Shown: positions 18,134 to 27,431, counted from the stretch's first letter. The stretch is DNA of 39,707 nucleotides from a virus (IMGVR_UViG_3300031953_000053:1-39707), one strand, 5' to 3'. Program-made: numbers and translations. The notes: generated from the letters alone by a model not told the origin.

Positions 18134-18751
18134 ATGGCTGAGAACCAGCGTACATGCACATTCGACGGATGCGCGCGACCGCATGAGGCGCGCGGCTACT
18201 GCAACGGTCATTATTTGCAGCAGCGACGCGGCAAGCCACTGACAACATTCCGTCATTATGCCAAGCACGGCATGACCTTGCGTGACCTTCTCGACCTGTA
18301 CACCGACCGCACCGGCGATTGCTGGGTATGGACGGCATCAACGGATACCGACGGCTACGGGAAGGTCAGAATCAATAACAAGATGGTTCGAGCGCATCGC
18401 GTGGCATACGAACTCGCTTACGGCCCCATCCCTGAGGGCCTGATTATTGATCACCGTTGCCACAACCCGGCGTGTGTCCGCCCGGATCATCTGCGCCTTG
18501 CCACGAGTAAACAGAACCAAGAAAATAGGGCAGGCGCTCAAGCCAACAGTAAATCTGGGGTGCGAGGCGTCGCATGGGATGCCGCACACCGGAAATGGCG
18601 CGCTCAGGTTCAGCACAACGGGCAGATCACCCATCTCGGAGGCTTCGCCACCATTGCAGAAGCCGAAGCTGTGGCCATCGCGAAACGGCTAGAACTATTC
18701 ACACACAACGACGCAGATTCTGGCTCAGAAGACATAAAAGTAAACGTGTGA
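18134..18751 (+). CDS. HNH endonuclease with AP2-like domain
   Basis: N-terminal CTFDGC..RGYC..HY; CWVW, AHRVAY, DHRC.NPACVRPDHL..N; NSKSGVRGV...KW.AQ. Confidence 0.9.
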   Translation: MAENQRTCTFDGCARPHEARGYCNGHYLQQRRGKPLTTFRHYAKHGMTLRDLLDLYTDRTGDCWVWTASTDTDGYGKVRINNKMVRAHRVAYELAYGPIPEGLIIDHRCHNPACVRPDHLRLATSKQNQENRAGAQANSKSGVRGVAWDAAHRKWRAQVQHNGQITHLGGFATIAEAEAVAIAKRLELFTHNDADSGSEDIKVNV

Positions 18752-18764
18752 ACACTTTTATGGA

Positions 18765-18806
18765 GCCCCGTACTTACTCATTGAGTAGGTGCGGGGCGTT
18801 TCTTTC
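18765..18806. terminator. terminator between convergent genes
   Basis: GCCCCGTACTTACTC / GAGTAGGTGCGGGGC stem followed by GTTTCTTT. Confidence 0.7.
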
Positions 18807-18807
18807 G

Positions 18808-18987
18808 TTAAGGGCGGTGCATCCCTGCACCGGTTTGCCATTGCTGATATTCGGCTTCTGCTTCTGCGGCGTGGCTGGTGTAACCATTTTTGTGGGCTTC
18901 CTTTTCGAGGTGCTCGCGAATCTGTTGGCGTGCTGTTGAGCGATCGCGCACGGGTGGTGATTCTTGGGTGTTCTTTGTGGTGCTCAT
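18808..18987 (-). CDS. hypothetical protein downstream of integrase
   Basis: GAAAGGA RBS before ATG 18987; 59 aa. Confidence 0.55.
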   Translation of the reverse strand: MSTTKNTQESPPVRDRSTARQQIREHLEKEAHKNGYTSHAAEAEAEYQQWQTGAGMHRP

Positions 18988-19000
18988 GGTGTTCCTTTCG

Positions 19001-19927
19001 TTAGGCGGCGCGTCGGCCGGAATGCTCGTGCAGTTCACGCGCTGGCAACGTCAAGATGCCCTCGCGCTTTCGGTGTGCGCTCACACCTGTATAAATCTGT
19101 GTGGTGGCGAGCGACTCGTGCATCATCAGCTCCTGCACTACGCGAATATCGACGCCGCTCTCCACAAGGTCAGTGCCGAAGGAATGCCTCAGCGAATGTG
19201 GCGTCAGGTTCGGGTCGAGAATCCCCGCCCGTTTCTTCGCCAGGGTTATGAGGTTCGTCACTGATGCGCCACTGATATGGCCAGCATGGCCAGCACGGGC
19301 AGGAAACCACCAACCTTGCGCGGGCATGTCGCGGGCGAGTTCCGCGATCATCGGGTGCAGGGGGAGCGTGCGTTCTTTGCTGCCCTTGCCGATAGTGCGG
19401 ATGGTGCCGCCGAGCATGTCGATGTCGTCGCCGTGCACACGGGCGATTGATGACACACGAAACCCTTGGTAGTAGCCGAGCAGGATCATGGCGCGGGTTT
19501 TGCGGTATGCACCACTGTCGAGCATGGCGTCGATCTGCTCGGGGCTGAACGGGCGCGGTTCGCCCTTCGGTGCAGTGACGGGCGCGAGCCTCACGGTCGG
19601 ATTGTCGTCGCGTAGCCTCTCCTCATGGAGGAACGTGTACAGGGCAACCATTGCCCCGCGCTCCGTCCGTCTGGTGCCCGCTGCGACACCTGGCCGCCCT
19701 AGGTAGGCGCGCAGGTTGTGAATATCGAGGCCGAGAAGCGGTCGGTCGCTTTTCGATTCGAGGGTGCGGAGGATGCTGTCACGGTTCCGCACGGTGGTGT
19801 CAGCTAGGCCTTTCCCGCGCTGGTAGGTGGCGAACGTGTGGAGGATGTCATTGCTCATCCCCGCAGTCTCCCAGCGTGCCTGTGCCCGCCGGTAGGCCGT
19901 GAAATGGGGGCTAGTCATGGTGTTCAC
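19001..19927 (-). CDS. int: tyrosine integrase (no obvious arm-binding domain), C terminus GRRAA
   Basis: GFR, GKGSKER, HSLRHSFGT and H..LATTQIY catalytic motifs; start may be 19858. Confidence 0.93.
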   Translation of the reverse strand: MNTMTSPHFTAYRRAQARWETAGMSNDILHTFATYQRGKGLADTTVRNRDSILRTLESKSDRPLLGLDIHNLRAYLGRPGVAAGTRRTERGAMVALYTFLHEERLRDDNPTVRLAPVTAPKGEPRPFSPEQIDAMLDSGAYRKTRAMILLGYYQGFRVSSIARVHGDDIDMLGGTIRTIGKGSKERTLPLHPMIAELARDMPAQGWWFPARAGHAGHISGASVTNLITLAKKRAGILDPNLTPHSLRHSFGTDLVESGVDIRVVQELMMHESLATTQIYTGVSAHRKREGILTLPARELHEHSGRRAA

Positions 19928-19948
19928 TGGTGAGAAAGCGTGTAGGGC

Positions 19949-20287
19949 TCAAGCCGCTTTGCGGTTGATTGGGGTGACGGGTGCCAACCGCTCGTATTCC
20001 ACCGTGGATGTCATCGGTTCGATCCCGGTAGGGCCCACTGGAACGGTTTCGCCAACTAAATAGGCGACCGTAGTGTCTAGTGCGTGGGCGATTGCGATGA
20101 TTTCCGCAAGAGCCCACCCGCGCTGACCTTTAAGCTTCAGGCCGAGTGACCCTGACGACATGCCGATTTCTGCGGCTACGTCCCCTTGTGTGCGCTTCGC
20201 ACTCCAGATGAGCATGTGGGCGCGTTTGCCGAGTTCGGTATCAGCGTCCCTGCTGGGAGTATTGCGGTTTTCCTTAGCTGTTTGCAT
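19949..20287 (-). CDS. immunity repressor (XRE HTH) containing attP, C terminus NRKAA
   Basis: TQGDVAAEIGMSSGSLG.K..G.RGW...IA.AL HTH; adjacent to int and divergent from Cro-like gene. Confidence 0.85.
   Translation of the reverse strand: MQTAKENRNTPSRDADTELGKRAHMLIWSAKRTQGDVAAEIGMSSGSLGLKLKGQRGWALAEIIAIAHALDTTVAYLVGETVPVGPTGIEPMTSTVEYERLAPVTPINRKAA
20000..20038 (+). other. attP: attP common core = 3' half of a tRNA-Val
   Basis: CAC CGTGG ATGTC ATCGG TTCGATC CCGGT AGGGCCC AC: end of anticodon loop, T arm and acceptor strand; no 5' half present. Confidence 0.85.
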
Positions 20288-20375
20288 GTACCCATTATCG
20301 GACATATCGGACAGATGTGCAACACAACGTGTCACAACGTCGGAAGTTTCTTATTTGTCTGCTAGCGTTCCACCT
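20288..20375. promoter_or_regulatory. divergent switch region (repressor / cro promoters, candidate operators)
   Basis: Minus strand TTGCAC-17-GATAAT-6-ATG; plus strand TAGCGT-7-ATG; direct repeats TCGGACA x2 and CACAACGT x2. Confidence 0.65.
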
Positions 20376-20573
20376 ATGACGATGCCAAATAAGGAACTTC
20401 CCGACACTCAAGGAAGCTTGTACACACCCGGTGAAGCGGCCCAAGTGCTGCACGTCACCACTCGGACGCTGCAACGCATGGCCCTACGGGGAGACATCGC
20501 AGCAATAATGCTACCGAGCGGGCACCGCAGGTACAAGCAATACGACATCGAAACAATCCGAGCCGCATCATGA
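20376..20573 (+). CDS. Cro/excisionase-like HTH protein
   Basis: LYTPGEAAQVLHVTTRTLQR...LPSGHRRY MerR/excise-type HTH. Confidence 0.8.
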   Translation: MTMPNKELPDTQGSLYTPGEAAQVLHVTTRTLQRMALRGDIAAIMLPSGHRRYKQYDIETIRAAS

Positions 20574-21292
20574 GCGCCCTCGACATCTTCACGTACAGCG
20601 GCCAGCAAGTGAGAACGGTTCTCGTTGATGGTGAGGCATGGTTCGTTGCCGCCGACGTATGTCGCATTCTGGAACACACGAATCCGACTATGGCCCTTGC
20701 CGGTCTTGACGATGACGAAAAGGGTCTAAGGAATGTTGACACCCTTGGTGGCCAGCAATCGATGGCCGTAATCAACGAACCCGGTCTGTACTCGCTAATC
20801 ATCCGTAGCCGCAAAGAAGAGGCTCGCGCTTTCAAGCGGTGGGTAACTCACGAGGTCCTTCCCGCGATTCGCAAAACGGGCCAGTTTGGTTCTGCGCTAC
20901 CCACGAACTTTGCCGAAGCTCTTGAACTTGCTGCCGTGAAGGTACGCGAGATTGAGGCGCTCGAAGCTAAAGCGATAGCTGATGCACCCAAAGTTGCCGC
21001 ATACAACCAGCTTATGGATGCGGAGGGTTTCTACACGATGGAAGCCGTCGCGAAACTTGGTGGTATTGGCCGCACAACATTGTTTCGTAATCTTCGCGAC
21101 GCTGGGGTTATTCAGTCGGGTTCTCGACTCCCTTACCAGCGGTACATGCCGTGGTTCAAGATCACCGCATCGTCGTGGACTGACAGTCAGGGTCTAGCAC
21201 ATTTGAGCAATACCGCTCGTGTGCTGCCTGATGCTCTGTCGAAAGTGCTCGCTAAAGCGGGATGCCAAATCAAAGAGGCGATCGCATCGTGA
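20570..21292 (+). CDS. antirepressor (BRO-N plus C-terminal ANT-like domain)
   Basis: WFVAADVC, INEPGLYSLI and FKRWVTHEVLPAIRKTG; APKV...GRTTLFR.LR...PYQRY. Confidence 0.9.
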   Translation: MSALDIFTYSGQQVRTVLVDGEAWFVAADVCRILEHTNPTMALAGLDDDEKGLRNVDTLGGQQSMAVINEPGLYSLIIRSRKEEARAFKRWVTHEVLPAIRKTGQFGSALPTNFAEALELAAVKVREIEALEAKAIADAPKVAAYNQLMDAEGFYTMEAVAKLGGIGRTTLFRNLRDAGVIQSGSRLPYQRYMPWFKITASSWTDSQGLAHLSNTARVLPDALSKVLAKAGCQIKEAIAS

Positions 21293-21747
21293 CGACCTCT
21301 AGCGGATAACTGCTGCCCCCTTTCTTCCCAGCCCCTGACTTGTTTGGGCGGGTGGGCGTTATTTGTCGCGCTCGCGTGACCTATGACAACAACTACATAC
21401 AAGTGATGACCCAGGACGGCCCCGGAGAACAGGGGAGAGATCAGGGCACCAGTCCGGCAAGAAATTGTTGGCATGCACGGTGAAGGCGAGCGAACACTCC
21501 CCGGAGACCACCACTTGAACCCCACAACGACACCCGGTATATCCCGAGCGTGTCAAACACATGAATGCAGCTGGCCTTTAGGGTGCCGATTTTTGGCTAA
21601 GCGAGCACGAGGCATTCAGGGGCGAGCCTGCGAACGGTTGACCGGGAGGAAAACCCGGCGTCTCACTCACACATCTTCGGGTGGCGGTGCCTATCTGGCC
21701 CCCAAGCCGTCACCCGAACTCACCAACCACTGAAAGAAGGCAAGCGC

Positions 21748-22029
21748 ATGAACAACGCAATTCAGGTTTCGACAACACCAATTCTGCGGACAGCAACACG
21801 AATCAAGACGCTTGCAGATTTCAGGGGTTACGCAGCGCTCTACAAACTCCAAGACTCCGACACGTTCGTCGCTGTCTCCACAATCGTCTTCCGCGGAATC
21901 GCAGAAACGATGGTGTTCCCCTCTAACCAGATGGGTGAAGTGACTGACTGGAACGAGATCGCAGGCGGCAAAGGTCTTCTGCTGCACGCTGACGCGCTTG
22001 AGGAACTCGGCTACGAGGTAGAGAAATGA
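21748..22029 (+). CDS. hypothetical protein
   Basis: RBS; overlaps next gene. Confidence 0.65.
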   Translation: MNNAIQVSTTPILRTATRIKTLADFRGYAALYKLQDSDTFVAVSTIVFRGIAETMVFPSNQMGEVTDWNEIAGGKGLLLHADALEELGYEVEK

Positions 22030-22370
22030 CCGCCACCCTAACCCCGCCGATTCATTCCGTTTTCGGTGATGACAGTCCCAGGGTAAGACGCACCGACCAT
22101 TCGACCTCGCATGAGGCTGCGGACACGAACGATGTCTCCAAGTCGATCGGTTGGGTTCTCGACACTCTCGCTCGTGGCCCTCTCGCAGATCACGAACTAG
22201 TCCTCATGGGGACAGCGTGCGGACTCCCATTCACCGGGCAACGTCTTCGCACAGCTCGTGCAGCACTCGTCGGCATGGGCCTTGTCTCAGAGTCTGGCAT
22301 CTACCGACTTACCGAGAACAACCGCCGCGCAATCGTGTGGCAATTCAACGACGCAAAGGACATGCAATGA
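22026..22370 (+). CDS. putative winged-helix DNA-binding protein
   Basis: RRTD.STSHEAA...DHEL...R..LV..GLV pattern. Confidence 0.6.
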   Translation: MTATLTPPIHSVFGDDSPRVRRTDHSTSHEAADTNDVSKSIGWVLDTLARGPLADHELVLMGTACGLPFTGQRLRTARAALVGMGLVSESGIYRLTENNRRAIVWQFNDAKDMQ

Positions 22371-22744
22371 AGCAAGTCACGCTCGGCCACGAAGACATCG
22401 AATGGATACGTCCAGAATCTGCTGATGACCGGTACCAAGCAATGCTCACCGACGATGTTGCGTTCATGGCATACATCAGCTCGTGCGAACACCTAGATGA
22501 ACCGTTGGAGCGGGCATACAAGTTTCATCGGATGATCGCGAACCAGTTGATCGCTGAGGGTGTCGGTTGTCGTCCGCGTGGTAACTGGGCGAGACGAACC
22601 ATTGTTCTTTGCCATCTTGCGAAACGTCGCCGCAATCAGACACGCAATTGGTTCGCCCGTGTTTATGGGCATTCCGCACTTGATCTGGAACTGGCCCGTC
22701 TCGAAACCCTTTACCCCCGTGCTATCTGGGGCGAATCGCTCTAA
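22367..22744 (+). CDS. hypothetical protein
   Basis: ATGA-coupled; AAGGA RBS. Confidence 0.65.
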   Translation: MKQVTLGHEDIEWIRPESADDRYQAMLTDDVAFMAYISSCEHLDEPLERAYKFHRMIANQLIAEGVGCRPRGNWARRTIVLCHLAKRRRNQTRNWFARVYGHSALDLELARLETLYPRAIWGESL

Positions 22745-22875
22745 CCACTTGAAAGGCACCCAATGATCAGAACATCTACACCTCCCGCAGAACCGCCGAC
22801 AACAGATTCTAAGCAAGTTTGCACTTGTGGTTGTGCTGCACACTTCCCGATCCACTTCGTTTTGGGGGCGCTGTG

Positions 22876-22992
22876 ATGACCCCGATGGAGATTGCCGCCC
22901 CCGGTGTTGCCCTGTTCGCCGCACTAATCGCGGTGCCGTCTGTGGTCGCTTGGTTGGGATTGCGTCGAGAGAAGAAGGGAGCAAAGCGATGA
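22876..22992 (+). CDS. small membrane protein
   Basis: MTPMEIAAPGVALFAALIAVPSVVAWLGLRREKKGAKR; coupled to neighbouring ORFs. Confidence 0.5.
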   Translation: MTPMEIAAPGVALFAALIAVPSVVAWLGLRREKKGAKR

Positions 22993-23150
22993 GCCGCAAA
23001 ATGTATGTCTGTAATCGTGGCCGGTTCGTTCGTGCCCCGAAAGGTTATTACCGCATGGCACCTGTCCTCATTGTGGGCACCATCCTGCTGGGTGTGAATG
23101 TGACGGTCTCGGCAGGGTTCGCGGTTATCGGAACAGGGGTGACGTTGTGA
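22989..23150 (+). CDS. small membrane protein
   Basis: ATGA-coupled; hydrophobic C terminus. Confidence 0.5.
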   Translation: MSRKMYVCNRGRFVRAPKGYYRMAPVLIVGTILLGVNVTVSAGFAVIGTGVTL

Positions 23151-23404
23151 GTGAGTTCATCTGCGGCCCGAAATGTTGGACACGCATTCCTTGTCCTGAT
23201 CATGGCGACGGGATGAATCCGTTCGGCAGGAGCGCACCTATGGGCGCGGAGGGCTGCTGCGAGAACTACGCAAAGTCTGAAATCAACCCGCGACATCTGT
23301 GGAATGAACACGACGACGACCGAATCTATTTCGACCCCGCTGGTTGGGATGACCACGAAGCAACTTGCAAGGAATGCAAGCCAGATGAGGAAGACGATGA
23401 ATGA
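23147..23404 (+). CDS. Cys/His-rich hypothetical protein
   Basis: GTGA-coupled; several Cys pairs. Confidence 0.6.
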   Translation: MSEFICGPKCWTRIPCPDHGDGMNPFGRSAPMGAEGCCENYAKSEINPRHLWNEHDDDRIYFDPAGWDDHEATCKECKPDEEDDE

Positions 23405-23732
23405 CCTACTGAGCCTGATGCACACGCTCTACACCACTCGCCCCACTGAGTCTGAACTCATCGCACCGCGCACCTACAGGAGACGCGCAACATGGATTCC
23501 TGTTGAGGGCGAAAAGGTGACCGTATGGCGAATGCAGTCGCACGACCCAGATCGGCAGCAAGCCTACCCGGGGGTATTCGTGAGTGCCACAAACGGCACA
23601 TATGGCACCTACACCGTCCTACTCGACGGACACGAAACAGCCGAAACATTCCCCAAACGGAAACTGTGCGGCGCAACTAACTGGTTCCTCAACACACGGG
23701 AACGCAGCCAGATTACGGAGATGGACAAATGA
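23397..23732 (+). CDS. hypothetical protein
   Basis: GAGGA RBS; overlaps neighbours. Confidence 0.6.
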   Translation: MNDLLSLMHTLYTTRPTESELIAPRTYRRRATWIPVEGEKVTVWRMQSHDPDRQQAYPGVFVSATNGTYGTYTVLLDGHETAETFPKRKLCGATNWFLNTRERSQITEMDK

Positions 23733-23986
23733 CTGACCATAAAACAGAAGCCGTGAACTACCTCATAGCGTCCAAGATCGACGCTCGAGATGATGACGGA
23801 CTAAAACCGGCGATCGCCCAAGTCCACGCAACTCTCTACCTCGCAGAACAGCAAAGAATCGCGAACCTCATCGCATACTACGCACTCGCGTTCAGCCAAG
23901 AGGCCAACGGGACTGTTCCTTCACAGCACACATTGAAGCGTCTCGATGTCGCATCCGATCAGATCATCGAAGGGTTAGGGCTATGA
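23729..23986 (+). CDS. hypothetical protein
   Basis: ATGA-coupled; AQVHATL.LAEQQRIANLIA segment. Confidence 0.65.
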   Translation: MTDHKTEAVNYLIASKIDARDDDGLKPAIAQVHATLYLAEQQRIANLIAYYALAFSQEANGTVPSQHTLKRLDVASDQIIEGLGL

Positions 23987-24201
23987 CTGAGCTCGAAGCG
24001 GCAGAGATTATGCAACGCCCCGAGTACGCGAACCGTACTCGTGTTGATGTCCGCATGGACGGTGACAATTTCGTTGCCGCGTGGGATGGGCGTGAGTTTC
24101 GTGCGGGCAACCCGTTCGGTTTGGATTCCAAGATGGATGAGGCCGGAGTTCCGCAGCCGAGGAATCTGTTTCTGATTGACAACGAAGAGGACGAGCGATG
24201 A
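23983..24201 (+). CDS. hypothetical protein
   Basis: ATGA-coupled. Confidence 0.6.
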   Translation: MTELEAAEIMQRPEYANRTRVDVRMDGDNFVAAWDGREFRAGNPFGLDSKMDEAGVPQPRNLFLIDNEEDER

Positions 24202-24692
24202 CTGACTGGACACCACAGGATGACTGGTCGCGGGTGAAGGTAGGCGACACGGTTCGGGCGATGCGTGCGCAACAGATGCTGACCGGCGTTGTCGTTGACC
24301 GGTACATCACAGACTGCACGGACGTTCCTTATGGGTTGCTCGTGGAACTTATCAATACGGACGAAATGGTCGAGGTGAAAGTAAGCAACGGTTGGCAACT
24401 CTCTGTCCCGGCGAAACCTGCCGTGGTGCTACCGGACGAACCGGGCGCGGTAATCATGTGGGTAGATTCGCGTGGTTACAGATGGTACTCACGCCTTGGT
24501 GACTCTGGTAAATGGTTCATCGACCGAGCCGAGTACTGGGAAAACGATTTGCTGGAAGAGATCAAGGACAGTGTCGTCGTCGTGTTGGAGCCGGTAGCGG
24601 TGACAGCGAAGAAGGTCCTCCACTTTTTCGAGCACGACATGTCCGATGATGTTTTCGAGGCAGCCCGCAAAGAGTTCGGGGTGACCGAGTGA
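24198..24692 (+). CDS. hypothetical protein
   Basis: ATGA-coupled; GAGGA RBS. Confidence 0.65.
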   Translation: MTDWTPQDDWSRVKVGDTVRAMRAQQMLTGVVVDRYITDCTDVPYGLLVELINTDEMVEVKVSNGWQLSVPAKPAVVLPDEPGAVIMWVDSRGYRWYSRLGDSGKWFIDRAEYWENDLLEEIKDSVVVVLEPVAVTAKKVLHFFEHDMSDDVFEAARKEFGVTE

Positions 24693-24794
24693 GTGAAGCA
24701 ATCCTTATTGCTGTCGCGGTCGTAACCACCGCCACGTGTGTCTGGTTGATTGGTGGGATGTTCCGTGACTGGTGACTTCCCCTGCTGTGAGCAG

Positions 24795-25193
24795 ATGACC
24801 CACCGCGAATCAGAGGACGGCTTCACACCATTTGAAGCCGTCCTTCGCTTTGAGCACACACGTCCCCCCATCAGCCTCAACGACCGTTTACACCACATGG
24901 CAAAAGCGAAACTCACTGCAGCCATGAGGTTAGAAGCGGCTGAGGCTGCACACCGCATTCCCGATCTAGGCCGGTGCGAAGTGACACTCACCTGGTACGT
25001 CACAGACAAGCGACGACGCGATAACGAAAATCCAGTGGCCAGCCTTAAAGCCTGGTGCGACGGGATTGTTGACGCTGGCGTGGTTGCAGACGATACCGAG
25101 GAATTCATGGTGAAGAACATGCCCCGAATTGTGTGGATCGACAAGAAAACAGATGTCGCCCACATGGAGCTAACGATAAGGAAAATCCGATGA
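24795..25193 (+). CDS. rusA: RusA-like Holliday junction resolvase
   Basis: PISLN; RRRDNEN...LK...DG..DAGVVADD; start uncertain. Confidence 0.8.
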   Translation: MTHRESEDGFTPFEAVLRFEHTRPPISLNDRLHHMAKAKLTAAMRLEAAEAAHRIPDLGRCEVTLTWYVTDKRRRDNENPVASLKAWCDGIVDAGVVADDTEEFMVKNMPRIVWIDKKTDVAHMELTIRKIR

Positions 25194-25465
25194 GCGAAAC
25201 ACTGCTCGAAGAGTTGATTGCCGCCATTGAAAAAGAGACCTCATCTTACGAGCCGATTGTTTACCCCGTAGGCGACTCTCCCGAGTCGCTAAAGCGGGCT
25301 GACGGCAGCGATATGAGCGAGCAGGCGGCGAGGGCGGTACTAGCGATCGTCTGGCGCGTTCAACGCGGCGCTTGGAGCGATGGTCACAGACAAGCGATCG
25401 CAAATATTGCATGGCCGACTGAACGCAAATCGAACCCTTATGGAGAAGAGGCCGCTGATGACTGA
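25190..25465 (+). CDS. hypothetical protein
   Basis: ATGA-coupled; AAGGA RBS. Confidence 0.6.
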   Translation: MSETLLEELIAAIEKETSSYEPIVYPVGDSPESLKRADGSDMSEQAARAVLAIVWRVQRGAWSDGHRQAIANIAWPTERKSNPYGEEAADD

Positions 25466-26309
25466 ACTATCCGGCATAGTGCTGGGACTTGATGAGCAGC
25501 TTTACCACTCGCACGATTCACTCTCATCTACGGGTGCAAGAAAGCTACTCGAATCACCCGCAAGATTCCACTACGCACAGCAACACCCGCAAGCACCGAA
25601 AGCAGCATTCGACCTCGGGACAGCAGTACACACCAAAGTTCTCGGTGTTGGTGCTGCGGCCATTGCGTACCCGGAAGAACACATCACCCCATCCGGTGGA
25701 GTGTCCACAAAGGCCGCAACCGTTGCGTGGGCTGCTGAACAACGCGGCAACGGACTCACACCCATCAGCCCGCAAGACATGGCCGCAGTTGACGCAATGG
25801 CCGAATCGGTTTTAGCTCACCCCATCGCACGAGAACTATTCGAGCAAGAAGGTGACGCAGAAGCATCCGTCATCGCAACCGACCCAAGCACGGGCGTTAA
25901 GACGCGGGCACGGTTTGACTTCCTGCCCAGCTTCACCCAACCAGACCCAATCGCGGTCGATCTGAAAACGTCTGGCAAGGATGCGTCACCCGAATCATTC
26001 GCGAAGACGGTAGCCAACTTCGGCTACCACATCCAAGACGACTTCTACCGCTGCACATATGGGGCGGCAACAGGCAACTATCACATGCCAATGAAGTTCG
26101 TGGTTGTCGAAACTGCTGCACCGTATCTGGTCGGCGTGTATGAGCTTGCACCCGAATACCTCGAAATTGCGCGTGCACAAGTACGCAAAGCACTTGCAAC
26201 GTATGCCGCATGTAAAGCCGCCGATCAATGGCCCGGCTACCCACACGATAACGACCCACTACAGCCACCCAACTGGCTCATATTCTCAGAAGGAATCGAG
26301 TTCGACTAA
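25458..26309 (+). CDS. RecE / exonuclease VIII-like PD-(D/E)XK nuclease
   Basis: YH..LSSTG, GTAVH, RARFD, VDLKT, YHIQ..FY, FVVVE..APY and WPGY motifs. Confidence 0.85.
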   Translation: MTELSGIVLGLDEQLYHSHDSLSSTGARKLLESPARFHYAQQHPQAPKAAFDLGTAVHTKVLGVGAAAIAYPEEHITPSGGVSTKAATVAWAAEQRGNGLTPISPQDMAAVDAMAESVLAHPIARELFEQEGDAEASVIATDPSTGVKTRARFDFLPSFTQPDPIAVDLKTSGKDASPESFAKTVANFGYHIQDDFYRCTYGAATGNYHMPMKFVVVETAAPYLVGVYELAPEYLEIARAQVRKALATYAACKAADQWPGYPHDNDPLQPPNWLIFSEGIEFD

Positions 26310-26872
26310 TGGATCTCGCAAAATCAATAGAACCCAACAGCGCCCAGGTCAATGCAGAGGACTTCCTCACAGGCCCCCGCACTGTCACGATCACGAACGT
26401 TGAAGAGGGCAGCAGCGAACAGCCGGTATTCATCCACCTTCAAGAGTTCCCCAACCGCACCTATCGCCCATCGAAGTCAATGCGCCGCGTGATTGTTGCA
26501 GCGTGGGGCTCGGAGTCGTCGGCGTACACGGGTCGGCAACTGGTGCTGTTCTGCAACCCGGATATCACGTTCGGCAAAGACAAGGTAGGCGGCATCCAAC
26601 TGAGCCACCTAAGCCACCTAGAGAAGCCACTGAGCGTCAACCTCACTGCAACTCGTGGCCGTCGCAAACAGTTCACCGTCGAACCACTCAACGCTGAACC
26701 GTTGAAAGACGAGACCGGACGCGACTGGCTCAAAGAGTTAGCGATGGCAGGTGACGACCTCGACGCGATCGGCACACTTGGAGCCGCCGCAACCGCAGCA
26801 CACGCCAACGACAAGATCATCCAGATGGTGCGCACCAAATATGCGGACGTGAAGAAAGGTGGCACCAAATGA
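26309..26872 (+). CDS. hypothetical protein at the recombinase position
   Basis: Coupled to the RecE-like gene; not recognisable as RecT, Erf or Sak. Confidence 0.7.
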   Translation: MDLAKSIEPNSAQVNAEDFLTGPRTVTITNVEEGSSEQPVFIHLQEFPNRTYRPSKSMRRVIVAAWGSESSAYTGRQLVLFCNPDITFGKDKVGGIQLSHLSHLEKPLSVNLTATRGRRKQFTVEPLNAEPLKDETGRDWLKELAMAGDDLDAIGTLGAAATAAHANDKIIQMVRTKYADVKKGGTK

Positions 26873-27210
26873 CTGATCTAACGCCAGCCGAGAAGATCAA
26901 GGCCGCCATTGCGCGACTTGAAGCGTTGCGGGGCAATGCGCGTCCGGGACTATGGACATCTACTGACGATGACTGGTGGTGGCTAGAGGGCGTGAACCAT
27001 CGTGTCGTGTACGGGCAACGGGGGGCTGAGGTTGCTTTCACCCATGACGGCGACGCTGATCTGATCGTCATCCTGCACGCGACCATCGACGCACAGTTGA
27101 CGATCCTCCGTAGCGCATTCGGTGACGCTATCGGATCTCACGACGAACCTGGAGCATTCGAGAACGCAACCTTGCTGGCTGACGCAATCCTCGAAGGTGG
27201 CACCGAATGA
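26869..27210 (+). CDS. hypothetical protein
   Basis: ATGA-coupled. Confidence 0.65.
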   Translation: MTDLTPAEKIKAAIARLEALRGNARPGLWTSTDDDWWWLEGVNHRVVYGQRGAEVAFTHDGDADLIVILHATIDAQLTILRSAFGDAIGSHDEPGAFENATLLADAILEGGTE

Positions 27211-27431
27211 ACCCGACATGCGACAACTGCGGGGAACAGCTACCAGACGGCCACCCCACAGCAAGCTACTGCGGAAAATGCCCACCCCACCGCTGCAACG
27301 ACTGCGAAGAGATGGACAGTATGCAGCAGCCGTGTCGCTGTTGGGTTGACGTGGCAGATATTCCGTTTGCTGATCTCAAGGGCATGTTTGCTCGTGATGG
27401 TCTTGGCCTCGATTCGGTGGTGCCGAAATGA
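27207..27431 (+). CDS. Cys-rich (zinc-binding) hypothetical protein
   Basis: Three CxxC plus CRC. Confidence 0.6.
   Translation: MNPTCDNCGEQLPDGHPTASYCGKCPPHRCNDCEEMDSMQQPCRCWVDVADIPFADLKGMFARDGLGLDSVVPK

Noticed and set aside
20000-20038. Complete tRNA gene
   Set aside because: Only the T arm and acceptor 3' strand are present; upstream sequence gives no D arm or 5' acceptor strand, so it is the attP core
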